Positions 40,677 through 52,233 of a stretch of 64,000 nt of DNA are shown in pieces. The position numbers and the translations under genes were made by a program. A model generated the notes under the pieces. It did not search any database and was not told the DNA's origin. It saw only the letters and a program-made list of their open reading frames with translations. The stretch covers positions 1-64,000 of the forward strand of contig DASPSR010000065.1 in the NCBI GenBank assembly GCA_035623825.1. Reading direction: 5' to 3'. Position 1 is the first letter of the stretch, and each line of letters begins with the position of its first letter. This DNA is from Nitrospirota bacterium. Its GTDB lineage: Bacteria > Nitrospirota > UBA9217.

Positions 40677-41582
40677 TTACTTCGAAATCAGCCTTCCACC
40701 CGCCTTGGCCTGCCACACCACGAGGATAGGGCTGGCCACGAACACCGACGAGTAGGTGCCGACGATCACCCCCATGAGGAGCGCGACGGAGAAGTCATGC
40801 AGCACGTCGCCGCCGAAGATCACGAGCGGGATGAGCACGAGCACCACGGTGAGAGACGTGATGATTGTCCTCGAGAGCACCTCATTGATGCTGCTGTTCA
40901 CGAGCTTGGGCAGTGGATCGCGACGGTTGCGTTTGAGGTTCTCCCGGATCCGGTCGAATACCACGACGGTATCGGTGAGCGAATACCCTGCGAGCGTGAG
41001 CAGCGCCGTAATGATCAGCAGGGTGATTTCCTTGTGCAGGACGTAAAAGATGCCCAGCACCGCCAGAACGTCGTGGATCGTGGCAATGGCAGCGGCCACT
41101 CCGAACTTGAACTCGAACCGGAGGGCGATATAGACGATGATCGCGGCGAGCGAGACCGATATCGCCACAAGCGCATCACGCTGGAGCGCCTTCCCGATCA
41201 CCGGACCTATCTCCACGATGCTATCCACCTCGAAGGGATTGCTCGGGAACTCCTGTCTGAACAGGGTCTGGACCTTGTCCGACGTGCCCTCGGACTCCCG
41301 GAGCCTGATCAGGATCTTGTTCCCTTCGCCAACTTCCTGAATCGTCGCGCCCTGGAAGCCGTTTTTATCAAGCGCAGCCCGCGCCTTGTCGATAGGCACA
41401 TGCTCTTTGAAGTTGAGCTGCACCGTCGTGCCGCCCACGAAGTCGATGCCGAGGTTCGCCTTGGCCCGGCTGATCTGTACCATGCCCACGATCCCGAGCG
41501 TGATGAGAAGCGCGGACACGGTAAAAGAGATATTTTTCCACCCCATGAAATCGATGTTGGTTTTATGCAAGATCTGAAGCAT
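40677..41582 (-). CDS. secF: Protein translocase subunit SecF
   Basis: LGIDFVGGT, HDVL, GYSLTDTVVVFDRIRE, GTYSSVFVA. Confidence 0.97.
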   Translation of the reverse strand: MLQILHKTNIDFMGWKNISFTVSALLITLGIVGMVQISRAKANLGIDFVGGTTVQLNFKEHVPIDKARAALDKNGFQGATIQEVGEGNKILIRLRESEGTSDKVQTLFRQEFPSNPFEVDSIVEIGPVIGKALQRDALVAISVSLAAIIVYIALRFEFKFGVAAAIATIHDVLAVLGIFYVLHKEITLLIITALLTLAGYSLTDTVVVFDRIRENLKRNRRDPLPKLVNSSINEVLSRTIITSLTVVLVLIPLVIFGGDVLHDFSVALLMGVIVGTYSSVFVASPILVVWQAKAGGRLISK

Positions 41583-41727
41583 TTCGTCCTCCAGAGGAAT
41601 TGATCGTCGCTCCCGTGAGAGCGGGCATCCAGTAGTGAGGTATCTTGGACGCACGCTCTCAAAGGATGACGTCTCTATTTTTAAAAATGTGCGAAACCCG
41701 GCATCGCCGCATAGTTCGGCGCCGTCA

Positions 41728-43302
41728 CTATATGCTCAGCTTCTCCAGTTTCCATTTTGCATTGATGATGTCGAATATCACCTTGGTGCCCACGAGGGCG
41801 GAATAGAGGTTGATGATAATGCCGAGGCTGAGCGAAACGGCGAATCCCTTGATTGGTCCCGTGCCAAACAGGAACAGGGCCGCTGCGGTGATGAGCGTGG
41901 TCACGTGCGAGTCGAGGATCGTCAGGAACGCCTTGTCGTATCCGGAATCAACCGCCGGCCTCGGCTGCTTGCCGGCGCGGATCTCCTCCCGGATACGCTC
42001 GAACATCAGCACGTTCGAATCCACACCCATTCCGATGGTAAGGATGATGCCCGCGATGCCCGGTAGCGTGAGCGTGGCGTTCAGGAGCGCCATCGCCCCC
42101 AGCAGCAGGACCAGGTTTAAGATAATGGCGTAGTCCGCGATCAATCCCGCCATGCGGTAGTAGACGGCCATGAAGATTATCACGACGATGCCGCCGATCA
42201 ATGCGGACCGGACCCCCATAGTGATGGAGTCCTGTCCAAGCGAGGGACCGACGGTCACGTTCTGCACGATCTTGACCGGGGCCGGCAGCGATTCACGCAG
42301 CACGATGGCGAGCTTCGAGGCCTCGTCATGTGTGAAGTTCCCGGTTATCTGGGCGTTGCCGCCGCTGATCCGATCCTGTATCCTCGGCGCCGAATGGACA
42401 ACGCCGTCGAGCACGATGGCAAGCTGCCTTCCGACGTTCTCGCCGGTGATCCGGTCGAAGATCTTGGCGCCTTCGCCGTCGAATGAGATATTCACATCCG
42501 GCTTGTTGTACTGGTCGATCCCAACCTTGGCTTCCTTCAGCCGGTCGCCGGTCAGGAGTGTTTTCTTATAGAGGAGAATCGGCTGCTTTACGATCTTGCC
42601 GACCTCATTTTCACGCTCTTCATAGAGGATTTCCGTCCCTTCCGGCAAATCGCCCGCGAGTGCCTTTTGGAAATCGTTTGGGTCGGAGTCTAGAAGCTTG
42701 AACTCGAGCCTCCCCGCGGTCTTGATGAACGAAATGGCCTCCTGCGGGTTCTTCACGCCCGGGAGCTGGAGCGCGATCTGGTCCTGCTCCTGTTTGTAGA
42801 TGGCGGGCTCTGCCACGCCGTACTTGTCCACCCTCCGGCGGGTCCGCTCAAGGGCCTGGGTCACGGCCCAATCCTTGAGGCGCTTCACCTCGGAAGGCTT
42901 GAGACTGTAAACGAGCTCTCCTTTCGCTCTCGATTTGAGATCGAGAATAGTGTAGCTTTCCTTGACCAGTTTTTCCGCCTTTTCTTCAAGGGGCTCCGCG
43001 AACTTTGCGGTGATGTCCTGCCCCGTTCGGCTGAACGTCACCGCAACCCCCTGCGACGCTGCCGTGGTCTGGAGGTCCGCAATGATGTTGTCCGCCGATG
43101 ATTCTACCGCCTTGTCGGTCTCCACCTGCATCACGATATGGCTGCCTCCCCTGAGGTCGAGCCCGAGCGAGATCTTGGGCACGCTCTGGTGCCACCACTC
43201 CGGCAGCTTCGCCGTGAGCGGAGTGGATGGGAGGAACAAAAACAGCGCGATCAGAACCGAGAGTGCTATAAGCCCCACCCTCCATTGGATGCTCTTTTTC
43301 AT
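41728..43302 (-). CDS. secD: Protein translocase subunit SecD
   Basis: LGLDLRGG, GVAEP, LAIVLD, VGPSLG, GMGVDSNV..FERIREE. Confidence 0.97.
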   Translation of the reverse strand: MKKSIQWRVGLIALSVLIALFLFLPSTPLTAKLPEWWHQSVPKISLGLDLRGGSHIVMQVETDKAVESSADNIIADLQTTAASQGVAVTFSRTGQDITAKFAEPLEEKAEKLVKESYTILDLKSRAKGELVYSLKPSEVKRLKDWAVTQALERTRRRVDKYGVAEPAIYKQEQDQIALQLPGVKNPQEAISFIKTAGRLEFKLLDSDPNDFQKALAGDLPEGTEILYEERENEVGKIVKQPILLYKKTLLTGDRLKEAKVGIDQYNKPDVNISFDGEGAKIFDRITGENVGRQLAIVLDGVVHSAPRIQDRISGGNAQITGNFTHDEASKLAIVLRESLPAPVKIVQNVTVGPSLGQDSITMGVRSALIGGIVVIIFMAVYYRMAGLIADYAIILNLVLLLGAMALLNATLTLPGIAGIILTIGMGVDSNVLMFERIREEIRAGKQPRPAVDSGYDKAFLTILDSHVTTLITAAALFLFGTGPIKGFAVSLSLGIIINLYSALVGTKVIFDIINAKWKLEKLSI

Positions 43303-43403
43303 AATAGAATCGCCTCCTGCTGAATTCCTGAGAAATATTCCGCCTCAAAAACACGAAGGCTCCCTGTAGAACTCGGCGCCCTGGTGCTTTCATGGCTGAG
43401 ACA

Positions 43404-43739
43404 TCAACTTTCTTTTGCTTTGTCTTTTTCCGTGAGCACGGCGGCTACCGAACTGCGGGTGATCTTTACCTTCGTGCCTTCGGCGATCTTGACGGCCAGG
43501 GTGTCGGGAGTGATGCCTTCAACCGTGCCATAGATCCCGCCGGAGGTAATGATCTCGTCACCCTTCTTGAGATCCTCAACCATTTTCTTGTGCTCCTTCA
43601 TCTTCTTCTGCTGGGGCCGGATAAGGATGAAGTAGAATATCACAAAGATGATCACCATCATGATGAGGCCCGACGCGCCGCCTCCCTGACCCCCAGCGTC
43701 CCCTGGCGCTCCCATTGCATAAGCCGTTGCAATAAGCAT
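43404..43739 (-). CDS. yajC: Preprotein translocase subunit YajC
   Basis: FYFILIRPQQKK...LKKGDEIITSGGIYG. Confidence 0.97.
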   Translation of the reverse strand: MLIATAYAMGAPGDAGGQGGGASGLIMMVIIFVIFYFILIRPQQKKMKEHKKMVEDLKKGDEIITSGGIYGTVEGITPDTLAVKIAEGTKVKITRSSVAAVLTEKDKAKES

Positions 43740-43855
43740 ACTGAACCTCCTGGAAAGTAAATTTCAAAGCTCGAAAGCCAAATTTCGAACAAAGAGCAAA
43801 TGGCAAGACCGACGTCAGCATATCGGGAACACGTTCTTTGATCCCTGAACGTCCG

Positions 43856-44971
<1,116 letters not shown>

Positions 44972-45058
44972 TCAGGGGTCCCGGTTTCGGGTTCAGAGTT
45001 TCAGTGGCTGCTTTCCCGTCTTCGCTGGTCACCAGACCCTGCTCCCTGGCCCCTGCCG

Positions 45059-46786
45059 CTACATCCTCTCCGGTGCCGTTACGCCGAGTATCCTGAGCGC
45101 GCTCTGGATCACCGTCTTTACCTGCTTCATGAGAAAGAGCTTGGCGCCGGTCCGGGCAGCATCCTCGGTGATAACGCGGTACTTGAAATAATAATTGTGG
45201 AGCAGCCCCGCCAGGTCCTGCAGGTAGAACGTCAGCCGGTGCGGCTCATACGCAAGCGCAGCCTCCTCGATGACCTCGGGATATTTAGCCAGAGCCTTGA
45301 TGATGTCCTGCTCTTCCTCGAGGTCAAGGAGCGATACATCCACGGCTTCCCGCGGCGTGACCGCAATGCCCCGCGATTCAGCCTCCCGGAACAGGCTCGA
45401 GAGTCTCGCGTGCGCATATTGCACATAGTACACCGGGTTTTCCCGGGACTGTTCCTTCGCCACGTAAAGATCGAAGTCCAGATGGCTGTCGGAGCGGCGT
45501 GTCAGGAATATGTAGCGCGCGGCATCGCTGCCTACTTCCTGCACCACATCCCGAAGCGTCACAAAGGTCCCGGCCCGCTTGGACATTGGCACGGGCTGGC
45601 CGTGCCGGAGGATCGCCACGAGCTGAACAAGCAGCACATGGAGCGAATCCCTCGGATGACCGAAGGCCTGGATCACCGCCTGCACGCGGGGGATGTAACC
45701 GTGGTGGTCCGCGCCCCAGATATTCACCAGATGGATGAATCCCCGGGCAAGCTTGTTCCGGTGATAAGCGATGTCCGTGGCAAGATAGGTGTACTCACCG
45801 TCCTTCTTGATTATGACCCGGTCCTTGTCGTCTCCAAAGGCCGTTGACCTGAGCCACAGGGCGCCGTCCTTCTCGTAGGCATAGCCGCGCTCCCTGAGCT
45901 CTTCAATAGACCTCTGAACGGACCCGTCCGCCAAGAGACTCCTTTCGCTGAACCAGATGTCAAATCGGACGCCGAAGGCTTCCAGATCCTTCTTGATGTC
46001 GGCAAGCATCTGGCCAACGCTCCCGGCAGCAACACGTTCCTCAACAGCCGAGTCCGAAAATTCCAGACTAATCGATGTTGAAGCCCTTGCAGCATCCCCC
46101 TCAGGAACAGATCCGACCCCTGCCTCGCGATTGCCCAGTATCTCTTTTATACCAGCGGAGCGCGATATCTCGTAAATATACTCGCCATGATAACCGTCCT
46201 CAGGAAAAGCGACATCAAGCCCCTGATCCTGCAGATACCTTGCATGCACGGATCTGGCGAGCAACCGCACCTGCCTGCCCGCGTCATTGATGTAGAACTC
46301 TCGCTGGACGTCGTAGCCCACCGCGGCTAGAAGGTTCGCCAGCGCGTCGCCGACGGCCGCGCCGCGTCCGTGGCCAACGTGAAGCGGTCCGGTGGGGTTC
46401 GCGCTCACGAACTCCACAAGGACCCTCCCCCCCTGGCCGATGTCCGTCAGGCCGTACCGCGCCCCCTCGGCATCGATGTCAAAGAGCGTCTTCTTCCAGC
46501 GGTCATGCTTGAAGAAAAAATTGATGAATCCCGGGCCGGCGATCTCGGTCTTTTCAAGGATGCCGTCCGGATCTTCAACATTGCTTATAATGATCTCGGC
46601 AATCTTCCGCGGAGGTTTGGACTCGGGTTTCGCCAGGATCATGGCGAGCGTTGTGGCAAGGTCGCCGTGGCTTTTTTCCCTCGGTGTATCGAGCGTGATT
46701 GCCGGCTGCGTATCGAGCTTCAGTTCACCCTTTTCTTTGGCCCGGATGAGGGCATGGAGCAAGATTTCCGTCAAGGTTTGTTTCAT
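45059..46786 (-). CDS. argS: Arginine--tRNA ligase
   Basis: AGPGFINF, SANPTGPLHVGH, GADHHGY, MSKRAG, YVQYAHAR. Confidence 0.98.
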   Translation of the reverse strand: MKQTLTEILLHALIRAKEKGELKLDTQPAITLDTPREKSHGDLATTLAMILAKPESKPPRKIAEIIISNVEDPDGILEKTEIAGPGFINFFFKHDRWKKTLFDIDAEGARYGLTDIGQGGRVLVEFVSANPTGPLHVGHGRGAAVGDALANLLAAVGYDVQREFYINDAGRQVRLLARSVHARYLQDQGLDVAFPEDGYHGEYIYEISRSAGIKEILGNREAGVGSVPEGDAARASTSISLEFSDSAVEERVAAGSVGQMLADIKKDLEAFGVRFDIWFSERSLLADGSVQRSIEELRERGYAYEKDGALWLRSTAFGDDKDRVIIKKDGEYTYLATDIAYHRNKLARGFIHLVNIWGADHHGYIPRVQAVIQAFGHPRDSLHVLLVQLVAILRHGQPVPMSKRAGTFVTLRDVVQEVGSDAARYIFLTRRSDSHLDFDLYVAKEQSRENPVYYVQYAHARLSSLFREAESRGIAVTPREAVDVSLLDLEEEQDIIKALAKYPEVIEEAALAYEPHRLTFYLQDLAGLLHNYYFKYRVITEDAARTGAKLFLMKQVKTVIQSALRILGVTAPERM

Positions 46787-46917
46787 TGATTATCGGGATT
46801 TTCCCCGCAGTTTACAAGTTTGAAAGTATATCGCATCCAAGGAAAAAGTCAATAAAATAATCCCTTTACTTACCGTGTGCGGTGTGGTATTTTTAAAGCG
46901 ATAACTGAGGAGCAGAT

Positions 46918-47373
46918 ATGTGGGTTCAGATGAACGTCAATACCATTCTGTTCGACAGCAGGAACAGCAGTTATATCGTTGTGCTGAAGGATGAAACGGG
47001 CAAAAAGATCCTGCCCATCTGGATCGGTGCGGCGGAAGGCAATTCAATAGCGCTGGCCATGAGCAACGTCAAGGCCGCCCGCCCCCTCACCCATGACCTC
47101 ATCGTCAACGTCTTTGACCGCCTGGAGATAGAGATTGCCCGCGTTGTCATCAGCGATCTGATCGACAACACCTTCTACGCCTCCCTCTATCTTCTCCAGA
47201 ACAGCAAGGAATTCCACATAGACTCGAGGCCAAGCGACGCCATAGCAATAGCCATACGCATCGGCGCGCCCGTGTTCGTGGAAGAAGAAGTGCTTGCCAA
47301 GCAGGACCAGTCCACCATCGACACGTGGATGAAGAACCTTGGCGAAGGCGGCAGCACGGAGTATAATGCATAG
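46918..47373 (+). CDS. Bifunctional nuclease family protein (DUF151)
   Basis: LPIWIG..E, RPLTHDL, FYA, DSRPSDAIA. Confidence 0.93.
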   Translation: MWVQMNVNTILFDSRNSSYIVVLKDETGKKILPIWIGAAEGNSIALAMSNVKAARPLTHDLIVNVFDRLEIEIARVVISDLIDNTFYASLYLLQNSKEFHIDSRPSDAIAIAIRIGAPVFVEEEVLAKQDQSTIDTWMKNLGEGGSTEYNA

Positions 47374-47596
47374 TCTCATAGCCCGTGAGATTATGCGTTT
47401 CGCCCTTCTGAAATAAGAAGTCCGGTCCCACAAAATAGGCGCTGATCCCGCCAACATCATGAACGCGTGCTTACGCGTATCTGCGGACACGTCAACGTGC
47501 AGCTGCATCCGGGACCCCATCAAAGCACCCCGCAATGTATGATCCATCAAATCGCACCGTAAGCATCTGGCTTCAGGTCACGCGAGGATGTCAAGA

Positions 47597-48505
47597 TCAC
47601 ATCTGGATGATGGTCCAAAAGAGCCCTTTGATCACTTCTGCCATTCTGTCGTAATCCAATGTATCCGCTGTATCGCTCGGCTTATGATAGTTCATGTTGC
47701 GGTAAAAAGCGGTGTCGGTGATCATGACGGCGGGATAGTCGAATTTCCAGTAACTTTGGTGGTCGGAAAAACTGACGCCGGGAATGAAGGAGATCGCTGT
47801 CAGGGATTCAACGGGGACTTGCGATAGAGAGGCTAATGATTTTTGCACCTTTTGAACCATGCTCCCCTGCCCCCATTTCCCTACAACCGCAATGAAATTC
47901 CCTTTGTCGGGATAAAACCATCGCATGAAGATGAGGGGATATTTCTGAGAATTTGGACGATCGCTGAAATATCCGATCATCTCGAGGCAGATCATGGCTC
48001 GCACGGATACATCAGCCTGGGCAAGCGATTTGGCGTGGATGTAGCTGCCGTAATGACGGGCACAAGGATGTTTCAAAAGCTGGCCTTCTTCCAGGGTATA
48101 AGCAACGAAATCGATCCGGAATTTCGGTTCGGTCCCCAGAGGTCGGACCAGGCGGCTCAGTTCCAGGAGTCCGGCCACACCGCTGGCATTGTCATCCGCG
48201 CCCGGCTGATCACCCTGCACATCATAATGAGCGCCGACAATGATTCTTTCCCCTCCTTCCGGGCCAAAGGAACAGATCACGTTCTTGTAAGCTTTGCCGT
48301 CCTGAGTGAACGTCTGAAACCCGGTTCGCCCACCGGCTTTACTGAATTCCTCGAAGATATATTTTGCGCTCTGGTCGAGAGAATCGGCATTCTTGGCGTT
48401 GCGAGGCGGGACCACAGCTGTCAGCCTCTGCACGTCCTTACGTAAACGCTCCCTGTCCACTTGTATATCCATCGCTTTGGCGGAATTATCCGCATTCGCT
48501 TTCAT
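47597..48505 (-). CDS. M28-family peptidase
   Basis: GAHYD, PGADDNASG, LEE, LEMIG, SDH, YH..SDT. Confidence 0.9.
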   Translation of the reverse strand: MKANADNSAKAMDIQVDRERLRKDVQRLTAVVPPRNAKNADSLDQSAKYIFEEFSKAGGRTGFQTFTQDGKAYKNVICSFGPEGGERIIVGAHYDVQGDQPGADDNASGVAGLLELSRLVRPLGTEPKFRIDFVAYTLEEGQLLKHPCARHYGSYIHAKSLAQADVSVRAMICLEMIGYFSDRPNSQKYPLIFMRWFYPDKGNFIAVVGKWGQGSMVQKVQKSLASLSQVPVESLTAISFIPGVSFSDHQSYWKFDYPAVMITDTAFYRNMNYHKPSDTADTLDYDRMAEVIKGLFWTIIQM

Positions 48506-48552
48506 GGGTTGCCCTTTAAAAAACTGCGGAGCCCTATCCCCCGATTTTGCGT

Positions 48553-49461
48553 TCAACGGTACTTGATGAACCTGCCGGTCTGATACTCCTCAAAGGCGAC
48601 TCGCAGCTCCTCTTCCGTGTTCATCACGATCGGGCCGTACCAAGCCACGGGCTCTTTGATCGGCTTGCCCGAGATGAGCAGGAAGCGGACAGGATCACCC
48701 TGCGTTGTGACCGACACCTGGTCGCCGTCGCCAAAGAGAACGAGCATCCCGTTCCGTGTAAAGGGTTCTCTCTGCATATCGAAATAGTTGACACCCTCGG
48801 CGTCGTAAGCAAAGGGGTCCTTCTCGTTGCAGAAGAGACCTTTCCCTTCGATGACGTACGCGAACACCGTGTGGCCGGGCTTCGTCCTATGCGTGAAGCC
48901 GGACTTGGAAGGAACCGACACGTCGAGGTATTCCGGGTCGATCACAATGTCCCGGACCGGTCCCTGTTTGCCATCCACCGCACCGGAGATGATCCTGATC
49001 TTCGCACCGTCCTTCAGCACCATTTCGGGGACCTGCTCGCTCTTTACATCCCGGTAGCGGGGGTCCATCATCTTGTGAGATTTTGGGAGATTGGCCCAGA
49101 GCTGAAACCCCTCCATCACCCCCTCCGGATCTCCCTTGGGCATTTCCTGGTGGATGATGCCGCTGCCCGCCGTCATCCACTGTGTATCGCCGGAGGAGAT
49201 AACGCCCTTGTTTCCCATACTGTCGCCGTGTTCAACGTCTCCCTTGAGGACATAAGTGATCGTCTCGATCCCTCGATGGGGGTGCCACGGGAATCCTTTG
49301 ATATAATGATCGGGATTGTCTGAGCGGAAATCGTCGAGGAGCAGGAACGGGTCGAACAGCGGGACCTCGCTGTATCCAAATACCCTGTGAAGGTGCACAC
49401 CAGCTCCTTCGAGTGTGGGTTTGCTTTTGATGACCTTGCGGATCTTTCTGGTTTTAGCCAT
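48553..49461 (-). CDS. Pirin family protein
   Basis: DPFLLLD, HPHRGIET, WMTAGSGIIHQE, GPIVMN. Confidence 0.95.
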   Translation of the reverse strand: MAKTRKIRKVIKSKPTLEGAGVHLHRVFGYSEVPLFDPFLLLDDFRSDNPDHYIKGFPWHPHRGIETITYVLKGDVEHGDSMGNKGVISSGDTQWMTAGSGIIHQEMPKGDPEGVMEGFQLWANLPKSHKMMDPRYRDVKSEQVPEMVLKDGAKIRIISGAVDGKQGPVRDIVIDPEYLDVSVPSKSGFTHRTKPGHTVFAYVIEGKGLFCNEKDPFAYDAEGVNYFDMQREPFTRNGMLVLFGDGDQVSVTTQGDPVRFLLISGKPIKEPVAWYGPIVMNTEEELRVAFEEYQTGRFIKYR

Positions 49462-49607
49462 GGTTGACCTCCAATGAAGATTGCCCCGGAATGTGTCTCC
49501 GTAATAAGCAGAACATGCAGCTCCTCTGTAACCTCATGGTGGTCTCAAGGACGATGATCCAAGCTGATGATCGATGCCCGATGCTCCCGATGCTTCAGGC
49601 ACTTGCG

Positions 49608-50528
49608 TCAGCCTTGTTCCAGAATCCTCCTTAAGCGTTGCGCATATCTTTCGCCGTCATCATCATCCGTGACTATTTCGATGTCCTCGGGCCGGGAGGC
49701 GCCGAGGCAGAGATCAGCGGCCCGCGCTATCTGTTCCTGCTCGAAAACCCTTTTATTCATGATCGCCTTGTTGCTGCCCAGCTCTTTTAAGACGGCAATC
49801 CCCACCGCGTCGATCGCGATCCGGTCGCTTCCGGCGATGATGACATCTCCTTTCTTCCTCGTCCCCTTCCCAGGGCCGCCGTCCACGAAGGCCTCGATCC
49901 CGTCCAGGAGTATCAATGACGGGGTGTAGGCCTGGTTTATCTCGGCAATCATCTTCCGCATGTTAAGAAAAGACGAATGGAGTTCTGTCATGTTCCTTTT
50001 GCGGGTGAACCCCACGGAGAGCTTCAGTGACAGGGTAAAAACCCCTCCGTAGCCGTGGGTCTTAATGCAGCACGTACTGACGATGCACTCCGAATCGAGC
50101 ACGGGCTTGGCCACATCAAAACCATTGATCCAATGGCTTTGTTTCGGCTTGATGCGCACCCAGGCCTCTGAAGGGAGTTCTTCAAAATTGATGAGGCCGA
50201 CACCGAGCCTCCTGCACAGATCGTAGATCCCCTTTTCCTTCAGGACGTCCTCTGTGGCGGGAGGGCCGCTCCGTTCGCCGATGGTGATGCTCTTTGCGCC
50301 CATGGAGCGGAGATGAAGGATCAGGTTCGTCAGGGTATCGTTATGGGTCGAGCCCGGGAAGGGGTCTGCAGTGTTGAAGTTCGGTTTAAGCAGAACGTCC
50401 TTCCCCTTCACCGGGTTTATCCTGAGGAGATCGATGGCCCTTTTTACCCCCGCTGCCCTGTCAGATGTCCTGACGAGAGAAATTGTTGCTTTTCCGCCGC
50501 TTGGGTTTCTCTGCGCCTGTCCGGCCAT
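49608..50528 (-). CDS. DUF362 domain protein
   Basis: VLLKPNFN, IGERSG, KTH...TLSLK, LDG...GGP, D.IAIDA. Confidence 0.85.
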   Translation of the reverse strand: MAGQAQRNPSGGKATISLVRTSDRAAGVKRAIDLLRINPVKGKDVLLKPNFNTADPFPGSTHNDTLTNLILHLRSMGAKSITIGERSGPPATEDVLKEKGIYDLCRRLGVGLINFEELPSEAWVRIKPKQSHWINGFDVAKPVLDSECIVSTCCIKTHGYGGVFTLSLKLSVGFTRKRNMTELHSSFLNMRKMIAEINQAYTPSLILLDGIEAFVDGGPGKGTRKKGDVIIAGSDRIAIDAVGIAVLKELGSNKAIMNKRVFEQEQIARAADLCLGASRPEDIEIVTDDDDGERYAQRLRRILEQG

Positions 50529-50606
50529 GGATGCCTCTCCTCTTCATCGTTCCGCGGCCGCGGTGATCAGGAATTCGCGCCCGTTTGCCGTGCGCGGGAC
50601 CTTTCT

Positions 50607-51266
50607 CTACTTTTTTGGATATCCGACAGTTTGAGCGAGAATGATCTTCTGGTCAGTCCGCAGTTTCATCGCCTTTGCAAGGGCCTCCCGGTCGATGGAT
50701 CCGCGCACCACCGTTGACAAACCCTCAGAGGCACAGAACAGGTAAACATTTTCGCCGATAAAGCCCGTATCGGCAGCTGAATAAAGCTCCTTATCCTGCT
50801 GTGACGCTGTTGTCCCCATGCGTGAAAAGTCTGCCACGTAGATCAGGTTGACGGGGGCTTCTTTCACGAACGGCTGAAGGCCTGTCAGAACCCGGATGTC
50901 CTCTGCGAGGACCGTCTGCAACTGGTGCCCTCTCGAGTCATACAGGTAGAGACCGTCGGCGGTCGCAACATAGATATCGATCTCCTGCCAGTTCATGGCC
51001 GACGGTGCTGTTCTCTTTCCCGAATCAGGCCGGTTTATCCCGAACGCCGCCCAGAGGAGATTCGAAAGCATCTGGAGCGGCAGTTTCCCGGAGCTGAATG
51101 ACCGGGAAGAGCTTCTGTCTCTCAGCACCTGCATGAGTGGTCTCCCTCCGTCCATTTGAGGCTTCAAGAGCTGTACTGGCATAGACTTCTCTGCAAATGG
51201 TGCCGAGGCACACAGGAGTGAAACTGCCACGAGCGATGACGCAAGAAGTAAGGAAGTTTTGTTCAT
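50607..51266 (-). CDS. SagB/ThcOx-type nitroreductase family protein with signal peptide
   Basis: RSSSRSF, LSNLLWAAFGINR, RTAPSA, ENVYL, QTVGYP. Confidence 0.88.
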   Translation of the reverse strand: MNKTSLLLASSLVAVSLLCASAPFAEKSMPVQLLKPQMDGGRPLMQVLRDRSSSRSFSSGKLPLQMLSNLLWAAFGINRPDSGKRTAPSAMNWQEIDIYVATADGLYLYDSRGHQLQTVLAEDIRVLTGLQPFVKEAPVNLIYVADFSRMGTTASQQDKELYSAADTGFIGENVYLFCASEGLSTVVRGSIDREALAKAMKLRTDQKIILAQTVGYPKK

Positions 51267-51740
51267 GATCGTCCTCCGGAAGGAATGAGCGTGCAATGAT
51301 GTGCCGCTGTCGGACTTCTCCGCCGATGATCGTCGTGCAGGAGATTTACGACCGCCAGCGCGAAAAGCTGATAAGGATTGTTACCTATACAAATAGCTCA
51401 GAGTAGCCGAAAAGGCAAGGTCAGGCAGCTAAAGACGTAAGACTAAAGATGCAAAAACGGCTATTATGCGCGTGTTTATTCACCGCTGAAGGACCACGCT
51501 CCGCACAGGAATCGCATGTTATGGGTGAAAAAGAAGTTGTTGTTTATTAATAAGATTGCATATTTTCTTCTCACACGAGGCGCACCATTCCGCCCAACAG
51601 GTAGCAAACATATGTTGACTTTAAAAGGATAAAGTGGGAAAATAGCACCATATTTCATATGGGTCGCACGGTCAGGCCGCAAGGACAGTTGTCTTTGTGG
51701 CATTTTTGTTGAAAACGGCGAGAACCCGAAAAGGGGAAAA

Positions 51741-52127
51741 ATGTCACATAGGCAAAATTATCTGGAAAAGATGGAACTGAAGAAGAACGCGATGCACGCC
51801 GCGGGGCTTGTCTCAGAACGATTGCCCAGCGTTTCGAGCATCGTATTCCGCATGACCTATTACCAGAGAGCGGCAGATCCGGTCCTGATGAAGCGTACCG
51901 TCAACTTCTTTCCGACCGATTATGCCTGCTTTCGCATGGACTGCGTGCGAGAAGAGTGTATTGACGGAGGTTTTGACCTGACCCCGGTGGTCGCCCGCCT
52001 CGTTAAAGACCATAAGAAATCAGTCAAGGGGAAGATCGTTTGTTGTGGAAAAAGTGACAACCTGCGCTTTGGCCACGCAAGCATCTCTTACGAAGTCAGC
52101 ATTCAGTATAACAAACAGGCTAAATAG
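51741..52127 (+). CDS. Hypothetical protein with Cys/His pattern (possibly metal-binding)
   Basis: Clean ORF with RBS; DC...EC.DGGFDL...VCCG...H. Confidence 0.7.
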   Translation: MSHRQNYLEKMELKKNAMHAAGLVSERLPSVSSIVFRMTYYQRAADPVLMKRTVNFFPTDYACFRMDCVREECIDGGFDLTPVVARLVKDHKKSVKGKIVCCGKSDNLRFGHASISYEVSIQYNKQAK

Positions 52128-52233
52128 CGCCCTTTCATTGTTCACTGATCTGTAGATCCGGTTTCGAGAATTTTAAAAGCAGCTTCAATGCTGTCTTGTC
52201 TATCCACTCCTGACCCTCGGCGGGTTCTGCGGT

